A DNA stretch of 64,000 bases, taken from assembly GCA_043753995.1 (NCBI GenBank), contig JAYUVP010000098.1, forward strand, positions 52,708 to 116,707, written 5' to 3'. Position 1 is the stretch's first letter; each line of letters starts with the position of its first letter. Positions 35,853 through 45,339 of the stretch are shown here, piece after piece. This stretch comes from Fibrobacterota bacterium. GTDB lineage: Bacteria > Fibrobacterota > Fibrobacteria > UBA11236. The position numbers were made by a program, and so were the translations under genes. Under the pieces are notes generated by a model, which made no database searches, was not told where the DNA came from, and was given only the letters and a program-made list of their open reading frames with translations.

Positions 35853-37007
35853 CTAATTCAAGACCAATCGGAATGGAGCAGATGATTTTCCGCTGCGTGC
35901 TTCCAAGTGATAGATTCCGGGCTTAAGGGCCGCATCTACCTGAAATTCCTTAACGCCTCGGACGACACTTTGCCGCGACAGGACACTCCCTCGCATATCA
36001 CGAAGCGTGATTTGCATAGCACCTTCATGGGGGAAATCGAGCCTTATTCTTTGTCCCGCCCTCGCCACAATTTGAGGCGCCTTAGAAATGGGCTGGCGGC
36101 TCAGGCGCGCACTCAATGCCGCGCAAGACCCATCCTCGATGCGGGCGCTGGAATCAAAGCGTGGGGAGTTGGGGTCGGTGCACCCATTTTGAAAATCGCC
36201 CGCGAGCCAACGCAGGCTTTGCCAATAAAGCTTGGGAATGGCGCTGTCGGCTTGGGCAGTGACGTTAGCTTCGCCGTGCCCTGGGCTGCTATAAAAGAGT
36301 TTGCCTTTACCGATGGTTCTAGCCCAGACCACGGGAAGATCGAGGTTTGAATTGGGCGAGGTAGTCAGCACTCCAGAATCGCCATTGGCCGCGGTGAATA
36401 AAACCGTCGCGCCAGGCAATGGCCGCACCGCGGCGTCAAAATGAAACCAAATATCATTCAGCCGAATTGTTCCAGGAATGGCGGAGACCACATGCTTGAG
36501 TTCGGGATGTCCCTTCGCGCTGCTGTCGGGCACAAAGTCGGCATTTCCGAACTTTCTGTGGATTACGAATTTTGTGCCCAGCATCTCTCTGAGTTGCGGC
36601 CAACTATCTAAGTGGTCTCCAGCATAACGAATCAAGAGCCAACCACCCCCTTGATTCACATAATTCGCCACCGCTTCACGCGCCGAGAACGTGGGTACCG
36701 AGCCCCTACCATCGGTATTGTTATTCCAAATGATGACTTGATATTTTTTCAAAAATTCCGGTGTCAATTGGGTATCGTCGGTCAAGGTATCGAGTACAAA
36801 GCCCTTGCTTTTGGCGAGTAAGGCGATGACAGTCTTGGTTTCTTGGATACCATCGACACTTACCCACCCGCCGACTTTGCTGTAAAGCAGCACACGCTTG
36901 ACCTTGCTGGTCGATTCCGGCGGGGCGGACTCAGCCGAAGCAAAACCGGTAAAAAAACTGGAAGCGAGCGCGACCAAGGTCACCAATAGATTTCGGGGAG
37001 TCTGCAT
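35853..37007 (-). CDS. Secreted ThuA-like domain protein (tandem paralog)
   Basis: Same length (384 aa) and motifs as its neighbour. Confidence 0.85.
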   Translation of the reverse strand: MQTPRNLLVTLVALASSFFTGFASAESAPPESTSKVKRVLLYSKVGGWVSVDGIQETKTVIALLAKSKGFVLDTLTDDTQLTPEFLKKYQVIIWNNNTDGRGSVPTFSAREAVANYVNQGGGWLLIRYAGDHLDSWPQLREMLGTKFVIHRKFGNADFVPDSSAKGHPELKHVVSAIPGTIRLNDIWFHFDAAVRPLPGATVLFTAANGDSGVLTTSPNSNLDLPVVWARTIGKGKLFYSSPGHGEANVTAQADSAIPKLYWQSLRWLAGDFQNGCTDPNSPRFDSSARIEDGSCAALSARLSRQPISKAPQIVARAGQRIRLDFPHEGAMQITLRDMRGSVLSRQSVVRGVKEFQVDAALKPGIYHLEARSGKSSAPFRLVLN

Positions 37008-37127
37008 ATTTTTTCCAGGAGCGGGAACAGCGAAGGGCTACCAAAGGTTAAGCCCGCTTAGAGAAGTTAGCCTCTCTCAGGAAAAATCGCAGGCGGTTTC
37101 AACAACAAACAGATTCGCCCCCTGATT

Positions 37128-37490
37128 TCACCGAAATTTCAAATAAACCACGATAATGCCCACCAGAAAAGCTGCCAACAATACCCACACCAAAGGCCTT
37201 TCCTGGCCTGTCGTGTGCACCACGGTTTTGCCTTGATATTCGCTGCTGCGCGAGCCAAGATTTTTTCCATGAAGTCGCCGAGCTTTTTGAACGTGCTCGA
37301 TTCGGCGCGGCGGTCTTCGATTTATTTTCGCCACCAAATGCTTGAGCCGGCGCAAAGTTCGCGGCGCGAAGGCGGCATGGCCGCCGTTTTTGTCGGAGCC
37401 CCAGTTGGGCTCGCTATTCAGATGAGCCGATATGACTTGATTCAAAGTGCCCACAAAAGGCGGACGCCCGAGAATCAATTCAAAATGATT
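37128..37490 (-). pseudogene. Degraded 3' fragment of a Ser/Thr kinase homologous to 39986..41068
   Basis: ELILGRPPFVGTLNQVISAHL and KNLGSRSSEYQGKTVVHTTG..LVWVLLAAFLVG match the kinase C-terminus. Internal deletions and frameshifts. Confidence 0.9.
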
Positions 37491-37527
37491 TATCCATCAT
37501 TCGAACCGGGGTTTGCCAAAAATTATT

Positions 37528-39714
37528 TCAGAAGCGGTATGTTGCCGATTTGAGACCGGTCTCGATTCGGATATAGTAAGAGCCATTTCCGAGTCGGGAT
37601 AGCGGGATATGATATTTAGTCGCGGGCAATGCATCGAGATATTTTTCGGCAAGGCGGCCTTGTGCGTCGAAAATGGAAATTCCGCTCAGGTAATTCGGTG
37701 GAATAACGCTGACTATCAGGGTCTTACCATCGATTCGGATCATCGGTTCGGCCGTTTTTGGATGGGTTGTTGCATGAACGACAATGCGGGGTCCCCCATA
37801 TTCGTAAGCACCTATGTCTATGGAACGGCCGAAAACGCGTTTATTCCCTTCAAGATCGGCACTGCTGGGCATGGTGTCGTTTGTTTCGACGATACCGGAG
37901 TCGATTGCCGGTGAATTTTTCAACAAATGGAAATCACCTGCGTTGGGATTCGCGAAAAGCGATTCTCCGCTCAGACAGCGGGTGAAATAGACGTGGTTGG
38001 TCGAATCGGCTTTGATGGATCCGAGACTGTCCATGAATGCGCAGTTCGTCGATGAAATGCCCGTGGAAACCGTGCCATATTGGGTACGCGCATTCATTTG
38101 ACATCCGCGGGCAATCGTGCAGTTGCGTAGATAGCCCAGGCTGGGGTAGTTATTCTGCCAGCCATTTGTCGTGAAATTGGTGGAATCGGTAAACAACGTG
38201 TTTTGATAACTGAAACTCGATCCTGACTCAGCGGAGGTGACTGAGTTCCCATTGACGATGGAGTTTGTGATCCGGGTATTGCCGTCATCGATAAAAAAGG
38301 CGGGCGCATTATTTTGGCCGGTGCCAAAGCGGCAGTTTGAAAAGATGACGGCCCCGGTTGTATGAATGGGTATGGAATTATCGGGTCCGCCACTCACTCG
38401 CGCGTAGGAAACCGAGCCATTTTTAATCTTCAATCCGTTAAACGCTTTGGTCTTGTCGATCGGGGAAAAAAGGATGGAATCCCGTTGCGTACCCTGTGCA
38501 TCCAAGAGTTGACAACTGAGGCTTGAAGATTCCTTCATATCAAAAGAAGTTCCGGGCATCACGAGGAGTTCATTGGCGATCACGGCATCCTGAATCGTGA
38601 TGTGCCCGTAAACGCCGAAACTGGCATCGCTTTGCGTGCCCGAGAGAGTCGTATCATGGTAGACAGGCATGTCGCGTTCCCAGTCCGCGCCATTGGCCGA
38701 GGTCGCGATAAGTCCTTTGTAGCCGACCGCGACGAACCGTGAACCATTCCAGCAAATACTCGTGATCCCTTCCGCAAAACCTTCGGATACTTTCGACAAT
38801 GTCGATGCGCCACTCATGAATTTATACACTGGCGCATAGGATCCTCTGCCGACAATAAGCGAAAACGAAGGCAGGCAAATGGCGTCCTGCATACGAAAGC
38901 TATAATCCGGGCTCGCCTTGGTTTCGGTCACCGATGTGTCGGAGATTTGAACCATCGCGAGCAACGGATCCCATCGGTCGGTTCCCCATCCGGAGGAATG
39001 GATGCCAATGTTTTTAATGATGGTTTTTCCCGAAACTTTTTTCTTGTAGCATGTCTGTTCCGTGTACAGGTAGTTGGTTGGGGACGGCACATAATCGAAA
39101 TTGAAGTTCCATTTTTTCCCATCCCGCGAAAGGGCCGTCGCATCGCCACTGACTGCCACCAGCATGCTTCCCGTCCAGAATGCCGTGTCCAAGGCACTAC
39201 TCGTTTCGATTTGGGTGGTGTCCCAGGCGACATCGTTTGCCGTTGAGAGTATATAGGAGTTAATGCGGGTCCCGAAATAATTCAGGCTGAGGGCACCCAA
39301 AGCAACGATCCGATCCGGCGTGCCGGAAAGAAATCCCAACCGCGGAACATTCCCGGTGACGGTATCGGCAATCATCGGTTTCCAGACCACGGCGCCATTG
39401 TGCGTAAGCTGATTCGCGGAATTTTTATTAACGGTTATGGGACTAAGAGTGTATCCTGAAGGGGTAACGGACGGGGGAAATTTGTATTCATCGATATTCT
39501 GTACCCCGTTCGCCCTCGAGCCCGTATAGGCACTCCAATTTTTCCCATCCAAAGACGAGTAGGCATGATTCGAAGAATCGGACGCGATGAATATCCTTTG
39601 AACGGGATCCCATTGCACCAGTTTGAGGTCGAAAGTCGTCGGCCGCAAAAACCAAGCGGATGCAGGCAAACAGAGAAGTGCAATCAGACCCGAAAGTCGG
39701 TTGAAGAATGACAT
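37528..39714 (-). CDS. Secreted protein: BNR/YVTN-like repeats, beta-helix region, choice-of-anchor-Q-like motif, T9SS-like tail
   Basis: SLDGKNW/SRDGKKW/SANGADW; DFHLLKNSPAIDSG..DIGAYE; IFDAQGRL..GSYYIRI. Confidence 0.8.
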   Translation of the reverse strand: MSFFNRLSGLIALLCLPASAWFLRPTTFDLKLVQWDPVQRIFIASDSSNHAYSSLDGKNWSAYTGSRANGVQNIDEYKFPPSVTPSGYTLSPITVNKNSANQLTHNGAVVWKPMIADTVTGNVPRLGFLSGTPDRIVALGALSLNYFGTRINSYILSTANDVAWDTTQIETSSALDTAFWTGSMLVAVSGDATALSRDGKKWNFNFDYVPSPTNYLYTEQTCYKKKVSGKTIIKNIGIHSSGWGTDRWDPLLAMVQISDTSVTETKASPDYSFRMQDAICLPSFSLIVGRGSYAPVYKFMSGASTLSKVSEGFAEGITSICWNGSRFVAVGYKGLIATSANGADWERDMPVYHDTTLSGTQSDASFGVYGHITIQDAVIANELLVMPGTSFDMKESSSLSCQLLDAQGTQRDSILFSPIDKTKAFNGLKIKNGSVSYARVSGGPDNSIPIHTTGAVIFSNCRFGTGQNNAPAFFIDDGNTRITNSIVNGNSVTSAESGSSFSYQNTLFTDSTNFTTNGWQNNYPSLGYLRNCTIARGCQMNARTQYGTVSTGISSTNCAFMDSLGSIKADSTNHVYFTRCLSGESLFANPNAGDFHLLKNSPAIDSGIVETNDTMPSSADLEGNKRVFGRSIDIGAYEYGGPRIVVHATTHPKTAEPMIRIDGKTLIVSVIPPNYLSGISIFDAQGRLAEKYLDALPATKYHIPLSRLGNGSYYIRIETGLKSATYRF

Positions 39715-39877
39715 CGGCAATGTCCTTTTTGTAATGCGGAAACCTCAATTAGAAATATTTAAGTAATTGGTCCGGTTTATATCATTAAAAAAGATACCGT
39801 TCCCAAGCTCGACACCACCAATCCCGCTGATGGGGCTATGACAAGTGCAGAACCTGACCAAGGACGCGGGGGATTCA

Positions 39878-39922
39878 GAGGCCGACCTAGGCGACGGAGC
39901 AAGGCGGGCCGAGGCAGGGGGG
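39878..39922 (+). repeat. Intergenic repeat family B, copy 2
   Basis: gaggccgacc-N17-cgggccgaggc-agggggg. Confidence 0.5.
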
Positions 39923-39985
39923 CGATTGGATTGCGCGATACGAGAGGCTGAGCCCCCCGTATCTTAAGCGTTACCCTTACTGCCT

Positions 39986-41068
39986 TCACCGCATTTTCAA
40001 ATAAACGACGACCAAGCCCACCAGAAAAGCCGCAAGCAGCACCCACACCAAAAATCTTTCGCGTCCCGTGGTATGTACCACGGTTTTTCCTTGGTATTCG
40101 CTGGTGCGCGAGCCGAGATTCTTTTCCATGAATTCGCCGAGCTTTTTGAAAGTGCTCGAGTCGACGAGATTTTCGGCGCGGCGTAGGCTTTCGCTGCCGG
40201 GGCCGACGGGGGCGAGCCCGCGAATTTCGCGCAGGCGTATTTGCACGAGCTCAACCACATCGCGGCAAGAGGCGGGGCGATCTTCGGCTTTTTTAGAGAG
40301 AAGATGTTTTAGCAAGCGCAAGGTACCAGGCGTAAAGGCGATATGAGATCCGTTTTTGTCGGCCCCCCAATTCGGCTCAGTATGCAAATGGGCTGAAATC
40401 ACTTGATTCAAGGTGCCCGTATAAGGCGGACGGCCCAGAATCAATTCATAGAGAATGACGCCGAGAGAATAAATATCTGAAGCGGGGCCAATGGCCTTGC
40501 CATGCGTGAAGCATTCGGGTGCCATGTAGGTGGGCGTGCCCAGCGTGGTGTCGGCCGCCGTCAAGTCGATTTGGGTCATGTCCTTGGCGAGGCCGAGATC
40601 CGAAACCTTGAGCTTGCCTTCCTTGGTCACGAGAATATTGGCGGGCTTGAGATCGCGATGCAGGATTTGTTGGCTATGCGCCACCTGCATGGACGAGGCG
40701 ACATGGCCAATGATTTTCAGCGCTAACTCCTCATGCACGGGACCGGAGCGGCGCAAGTATTCCATCAGGGAATGGCCGCCGACGAATTCCATCACCAGAT
40801 AAAGCAGGCCCATGTCTTCGCCGAAGTCGAGCACGCGCACAATGCCCTCGTGATTGAGGCGTGCGGCCATTTGCGCTTCGCGGCGAAAACGATCACGAAA
40901 AGAAGTCATTTGCGAAGCGCCGGGCCCATGGGGCTGGGTGCGCAAGACCTTCACCGCCACGGGAATGCCGAGGGTTTGGTGCATGCCTTTATAGACTTGC
41001 GAAGACGAACCCTCGCCAATCAGATTTTCGAGATAGCAACGGCCGAGAACTTTTCCAGTGAGCAGCAT
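39986..41068 (-). CDS. Hanks-type Ser/Thr protein kinase with C-terminal membrane anchor
   Basis: GEGSSSQV, VAVK, HRDLKPAN, DLG, GTPTYMAPE, SDIYSLG; terminal hydrophobic helix. Confidence 0.95.
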   Translation of the reverse strand: MLLTGKVLGRCYLENLIGEGSSSQVYKGMHQTLGIPVAVKVLRTQPHGPGASQMTSFRDRFRREAQMAARLNHEGIVRVLDFGEDMGLLYLVMEFVGGHSLMEYLRRSGPVHEELALKIIGHVASSMQVAHSQQILHRDLKPANILVTKEGKLKVSDLGLAKDMTQIDLTAADTTLGTPTYMAPECFTHGKAIGPASDIYSLGVILYELILGRPPYTGTLNQVISAHLHTEPNWGADKNGSHIAFTPGTLRLLKHLLSKKAEDRPASCRDVVELVQIRLREIRGLAPVGPGSESLRRAENLVDSSTFKKLGEFMEKNLGSRTSEYQGKTVVHTTGRERFLVWVLLAAFLVGLVVVYLKMR

Positions 41069-41071
41069 GTT

Positions 41072-42772
41072 TTAGGCTTGTCCCGCTTGGACTTGGGCAT
41101 TTGCCGGGGAGGGCAAGGTGCGCGTATTGCGGAAAAGCGAAGAACCCAGATTGCGCAATTGATCCCAGTAATAGGTCATATTGGTGCTACCCGTTTGCAT
41201 CTCCACCAATTTTTCCTTCACATTTTCCAGGACTTCGTCGGCTAGCGCGGAATTGCCATCGGACCAAGCCGCGCGCATGCGCAAATCTTTTTCCACTTTA
41301 TCGATTTTCCGGGACACCGCTTCAAGCCTCTGGGTTTGGAGCTTATTCTCTTCATGACAGCGCTGTATCAAGGTGAAAATCTGATCGGCGTCTTGATTGA
41401 GCCAGCCGCGGACCTGCTCGATTTCTTCGCGCTCCTTTTCGAGTTTGCGGCTCCAGCCTTCGATGGCTTGCACCAAGCGAAGATATTCCCCCGCATCGGC
41501 TTCGTCGGGGCGGCGTAGATCGCCGGCATTGGTGGAGCGCGCTATCACATAGCCCACCATTTCATCGACGGGGCTGCGCACCTGATGCTCCGAATAATTG
41601 AGTCCCACGGTCTCTTCGTCGGCGGTGACGCGCAGGGGAGAAATGCGTCCGATAATGGACCAGCATAAATAGCCCACGAGAAAGGCCCACAAAAAGCAAA
41701 CCCCCGCGCCGATCAATTGCGTCATGACCAAACCGGATCGCGTGAGCGTGATTCCCAATTCCTGCGAAGTGGAAACGAGATAGCTATTGGGAGCGAAAAT
41801 GCCGGTCAGCAAAATACCGGTAATGCCCGCCGCCCCATGCACCGGAACCGCGCCCACGGCATCGTCCAGCTTGGCCAAAAGCAATAATCGGTCGGCGAAA
41901 TAAAAGGCGAGGCCCCCGGCAGCGCCAATGAGGGCCGAAGCCGCCGGCGAAACAATGTCGGCGCAAGCGGTGATGGCCACCAAGCCCGCCAAAATGCCAT
42001 TCATGATAGTTGAAGCGCCGCTAATGCCTTGCAAAGCCCAACCGAAAAGCAAGCAGGCCAGACCTCCGAAGACACCGCCGAAAACCGTATTCAAAACGAT
42101 GGTGCCGGTATGCGCGCCGAAGGGAGCCGAACCGCCATTAAAGCCTATCCATCCGAAAAACAAAATGAAGGTTCCCAAGGCCACCATAGGCACATCGGCC
42201 GCATGAATATCGACCACCTTGCCAAAGCGATCAAAGCGACCCAAGCGCGGCCCCAACTTGATAATGCCCGCCAAGGACACCGAGGCTCCCACCAAATGCA
42301 CCACGGAAGAGCCGGCAAAGTCATGAAAACCCATGCGATGCAGCCAGCCTTCGCTATTCCATACCCAATGTCCGTATATCGGATAAATGATCAAGGAAAG
42401 CGCGCCCGAGCCCAGTATATAAGGCAGAAAACGCAGGCGCTCCGCCATGGCACCCGAAACTATGGTGGCAGCCGTGCCGCAAAACACCAATTGATATAAG
42501 AAGGGAAAGCTGTCGGCCTCGGTCAGGCCTTTAAGAAAAAAGATCGGTTTACCGACAAATCCGGTGAGTCCGTCGATGCCAAACATCATGGCATAACCGA
42601 CCAAATAAAAGCAGAAAGTGGCGACGAGGAAATCGACCACATTTTTCAGCGCCACATTGATGCTGTTCTTATGTCTTACGGAGCCTGCTTCCAGGCAGCA
42701 AAACCCTGCCTGCATGAAAAAAACCAGGCCGGTACATGTGAGCAGCCACATGTTCTTGATATCGGTTTCCAT
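41072..42772 (-). CDS. amt: Ammonium transporter (Amt) with ~165-aa cytoplasmic helical extension
   Basis: FFMQAGF, SGAMAER, HWVW, DFAGSSVVH, GWIGFNGGS, DDAVGAVPVHG, GLNYSEH, then a charged heptad-rich tail. Confidence 0.95.
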   Translation of the reverse strand: METDIKNMWLLTCTGLVFFMQAGFCCLEAGSVRHKNSINVALKNVVDFLVATFCFYLVGYAMMFGIDGLTGFVGKPIFFLKGLTEADSFPFLYQLVFCGTAATIVSGAMAERLRFLPYILGSGALSLIIYPIYGHWVWNSEGWLHRMGFHDFAGSSVVHLVGASVSLAGIIKLGPRLGRFDRFGKVVDIHAADVPMVALGTFILFFGWIGFNGGSAPFGAHTGTIVLNTVFGGVFGGLACLLFGWALQGISGASTIMNGILAGLVAITACADIVSPAASALIGAAGGLAFYFADRLLLLAKLDDAVGAVPVHGAAGITGILLTGIFAPNSYLVSTSQELGITLTRSGLVMTQLIGAGVCFLWAFLVGYLCWSIIGRISPLRVTADEETVGLNYSEHQVRSPVDEMVGYVIARSTNAGDLRRPDEADAGEYLRLVQAIEGWSRKLEKEREEIEQVRGWLNQDADQIFTLIQRCHEENKLQTQRLEAVSRKIDKVEKDLRMRAAWSDGNSALADEVLENVKEKLVEMQTGSTNMTYYWDQLRNLGSSLFRNTRTLPSPANAQVQAGQA

Positions 42773-42821
42773 AACCCTCGCTAGTTCGCCGTCCCTGGCT
42801 GACTCTTGGAGCGAGAATCAA

Positions 42822-42837
42822 AGCAAATGGCAGGCCG
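42822..42837 (-). promoter_or_regulatory. Putative sigma54 (-24/-12) promoter of the amt-kinase operon
   Basis: Minus strand CGGCCTGCCATTTGCT = GG-N10-GC with TTGCT, 50 nt upstream of the amt ATG. Confidence 0.45.
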
Positions 42838-43043
42838 GTTTGGTAATGCCGATTCGTTTCAATTGTCGCACAAGCGCGGATATTGTAACTATTTCTGGCA
42901 ATAATTGATGGCAAGTGCCAAAAGTTGACGCACTTGGTAAACGTGTAACATTAGATGGGTGAGGGCTAGCAACTCCTCCCTGTTCCGCGTGAACCCATCG
43001 GGTTTTTCCCCGCCTGTTTCGGGTTCACGCTCAAGCAATTCAT

Positions 43044-43124
43044 GCCCTCCCCCTCGGCCGAGCCTCCTCGCCGAGCTGCGGGGTCTCGGCCTACCCCCTT
43101 CCGCCCCAAGGGGCGCCTCCCCTG
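43044..43124. repeat. Intergenic repeat family A, copy 1
   Basis: gccctccccctcggccgagcc...gcctacccccttccgccccaaggggcgcctcccctg. Confidence 0.85.
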
Positions 43125-43135
43125 GGAGTTTGAAC

Positions 43136-43471
43136 TCAGTCCGGGTGCGTCATCACATAGGCCATCATCCCAATCCCGGTCAGTATCGAACCGATGAGGA
43201 TAAGGGTTCGGCTCGCCGAGACTTTCTTCGCACGCAACTCTTCGATATCGGCCAGGGCTACTTTGCGCTCTTTATTGTGGCGAAGTCCAGTCAGGGTATC
43301 CCCTTCCAACTCTTGGAAGCGCACGCTGAATTCGGATCCGTTTTTGGGAGTGATCCGCAAGGGATGGCCCGTTTGCAATTCCGAAAGGGTGGCTTTATCC
43401 GCGGGAATGGTTTGCATAGACGCACATGCACAAAGGGACAGGCCAAGTAGGCCCACCGTGAGGTATTTCAT
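43136..43471 (-). CDS. Small lipoprotein with C-terminal hydrophobic helix
   Basis: MKYLTVGLLGLSLCAC lipobox. Start reassigned from 43534. Confidence 0.75.
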   Translation of the reverse strand: MKYLTVGLLGLSLCACASMQTIPADKATLSELQTGHPLRITPKNGSEFSVRFQELEGDTLTGLRHNKERKVALADIEELRAKKVSASRTLILIGSILTGIGMMAYVMTHPD

Positions 43472-43623
43472 TTTTATTCCAATAAGCTCGACCGAAGCAC
43501 TTGCCCCGGGAGGGGGCAAAAATAGCCAATTCAAAATGTCCGTTGCGCGGTCCCTTAATGTACGCCATGCCCTGCTTTGGCGTTGTGACCGCCGTCACAT
43601 CGTGGGTGGCCGGAGGGGAGCCG

Positions 43624-43667
43624 GATGCCGACAAGTACTCTAAGCTGAGGCCGGCTGACGGCGGGGG
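43624..43667 (+). repeat. Intergenic repeat family B, copy 3 (degenerate)
   Basis: gatgccgaca-N17-ccggctgacggc-ggggg. Confidence 0.4.
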
Positions 43668-43698
43668 AGGCGGAGCCAACCCCGAACTAGGCTAAGTC

Positions 43699-45207
43699 TT
43701 AATGCCGCCCCAAGGCCCAATGCATAGAATGCGCTTCGGCATGCAAGCCCACATAAGCGTGCAAGGGAATGCGTCGCTGATTTTTGCGTGCGCCTTGAGT
43801 TTGAATCCCGGAGGGCACGTCCATTTTGCAAGCGCCGGAATATTTGACTTGATACAGGGCATGCGCATCGTATTCGAGTAAGAACATGTCGCCATCGGGT
43901 CCGAAGGCCATGTCTATGGGTCCATCGGGGCGGGGGCTTTTCAAAAAGGGTGTGACGGCACTTACATTTCCTTCGGCATTGAAGGTCACTTCATTGATCC
44001 AATCGCGTGACCAGTCCATGATGAAAAGGCTGCCGTCAAAGCGCGGAGGCAGGCGACTGGGGGAAGTCAGCGCCGAATTGAAGCGATAGATTCCGCCCAA
44101 AACGGCGGCGCGAGCGGCATTGTTTTCGAAGGCGGGGTAGGTCGCATGGCCCGCATCGCGATAGCTGAGCAAGGACGGTTGTGCTGGAGGCAAAAGGGTA
44201 TCGCCGGTATTGAGGGGCGAACGATTCACCGGTTTGGCCGGATCTTTTTTCGCCCCATTGATGACATAGGGCAAATTCTCAGCCACGAAATAAGGCCAAC
44301 CGAAAAAGCCCGGGGCTTTGGCGCGATTGATTTCATCGCGGCCTTCCGGCCCTCGCGTCGCGCTTTCGGCGGTGGCATCCGGCCCAGGCTCGCTCCAATA
44401 AACCCAGCCCGTTTTGGAATCGATGGCCAGGCGAATGGGATTGCGGTGGCCCATGGTGTAAATCTCGCCGCGGGTTTTCGCTGTGGCTGGAAATAAATTC
44501 CCCGCAGGAATGGTGTAGGTGCCATTGGCCTCGGGATGGATGCGCAGAATCTTGCCATTCAAATCATTGGTATTGGCGGCAGTCGCCTGGGTGTCTTCGA
44601 GGCGCTTGGTCTCATTCACCGAGGCATAGCCGTCGGAAACATTCGGGTCGACATTTTCCCCGGTGGATAAATACAGATTGCCGTCGGGACCAAAAGCCAT
44701 GGAGCCCGCGGAGTGATGCTGATTGCTCCAGCGCACGCCCGTGATGGTGAGCACAATGACCTTGGTGGCATCGGCTAATTTTCCGCCGCTTTCGGTGTAG
44801 CGGGCTAATTCATGCTTGGCATCGCTTTGATGCGTGTAATACACATAAACGAAATGGTTGGTGGCGAAGCCCGGGTCGAGGGCAATACCGAGCAAGCCTT
44901 CATGAGTGGGCGAGTAGACGGCGATGGTCCCGGCATCGGTGAGTTGAGAATTCGCGGGATCGTATATTCGGATTTTTCCCGAGACCTTTTCCACGATGAA
45001 AATGCGCTTGTCGGGCGCAATGGCTATTTCCATGGGATTGACCAAGGCCGAAGTGAGCAAGGTCTTTTTGATTTCGCTGTCCGCCACGGTAAGGCAAGGA
45101 TCGGCGGCTTGGGCCTGTACCTTTGCGGACACAAGGCAAGAAATGCCGACAAAACAGCTCAAAGCCGCTATGACGCTTCGGGGCAGGGGCAAAACGGGGA
45201 ATGGCAT
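43699..45207 (-). CDS. Secreted PQQ-dependent glucose/sorbosone dehydrogenase-family protein
   Basis: EGLLGIALDPGF, HHSAGSMAFGPDGNLY, GKILRI, GHRNP, FGWPY. GGAGG RBS before ATG 45207. Confidence 0.9.
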   Translation of the reverse strand: MPFPVLPLPRSVIAALSCFVGISCLVSAKVQAQAADPCLTVADSEIKKTLLTSALVNPMEIAIAPDKRIFIVEKVSGKIRIYDPANSQLTDAGTIAVYSPTHEGLLGIALDPGFATNHFVYVYYTHQSDAKHELARYTESGGKLADATKVIVLTITGVRWSNQHHSAGSMAFGPDGNLYLSTGENVDPNVSDGYASVNETKRLEDTQATAANTNDLNGKILRIHPEANGTYTIPAGNLFPATAKTRGEIYTMGHRNPIRLAIDSKTGWVYWSEPGPDATAESATRGPEGRDEINRAKAPGFFGWPYFVAENLPYVINGAKKDPAKPVNRSPLNTGDTLLPPAQPSLLSYRDAGHATYPAFENNAARAAVLGGIYRFNSALTSPSRLPPRFDGSLFIMDWSRDWINEVTFNAEGNVSAVTPFLKSPRPDGPIDMAFGPDGDMFLLEYDAHALYQVKYSGACKMDVPSGIQTQGARKNQRRIPLHAYVGLHAEAHSMHWALGRH

Positions 45208-45301
45208 GAAGGCCTCCAAGAGACTACAAAATCGCGCATTTAGCCACGCCCCGCTGGAGGAAAAGGGGGAAGATTCCGGTCTAGGGAAAACAAACCACCG
45301 C

Positions 45302-45339
45302 TAGAGCGGGTCTCCAAAGGAATTAGGAGACCGGCTCTA
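45302..45339. repeat. 14-bp inverted repeat overlapping the stop of the large lipoprotein gene
   Basis: tagagcgggtctcc / ggagaccggctcta (13/14 complementary). Confidence 0.6.

Noticed and set aside
34630..37007. Diversity-generating retroelement TR/VR pair
   Set aside because: Both copies are whole genes, differences are not adenine-specific, and no reverse transcriptase is in the window.
42905..42950. NtrC binding site upstream of amt
   Set aside because: GCAC..GTG spacing does not fit GCAC-N7-GTGC. The short palindrome tggcaagtgcca alone is insufficient.
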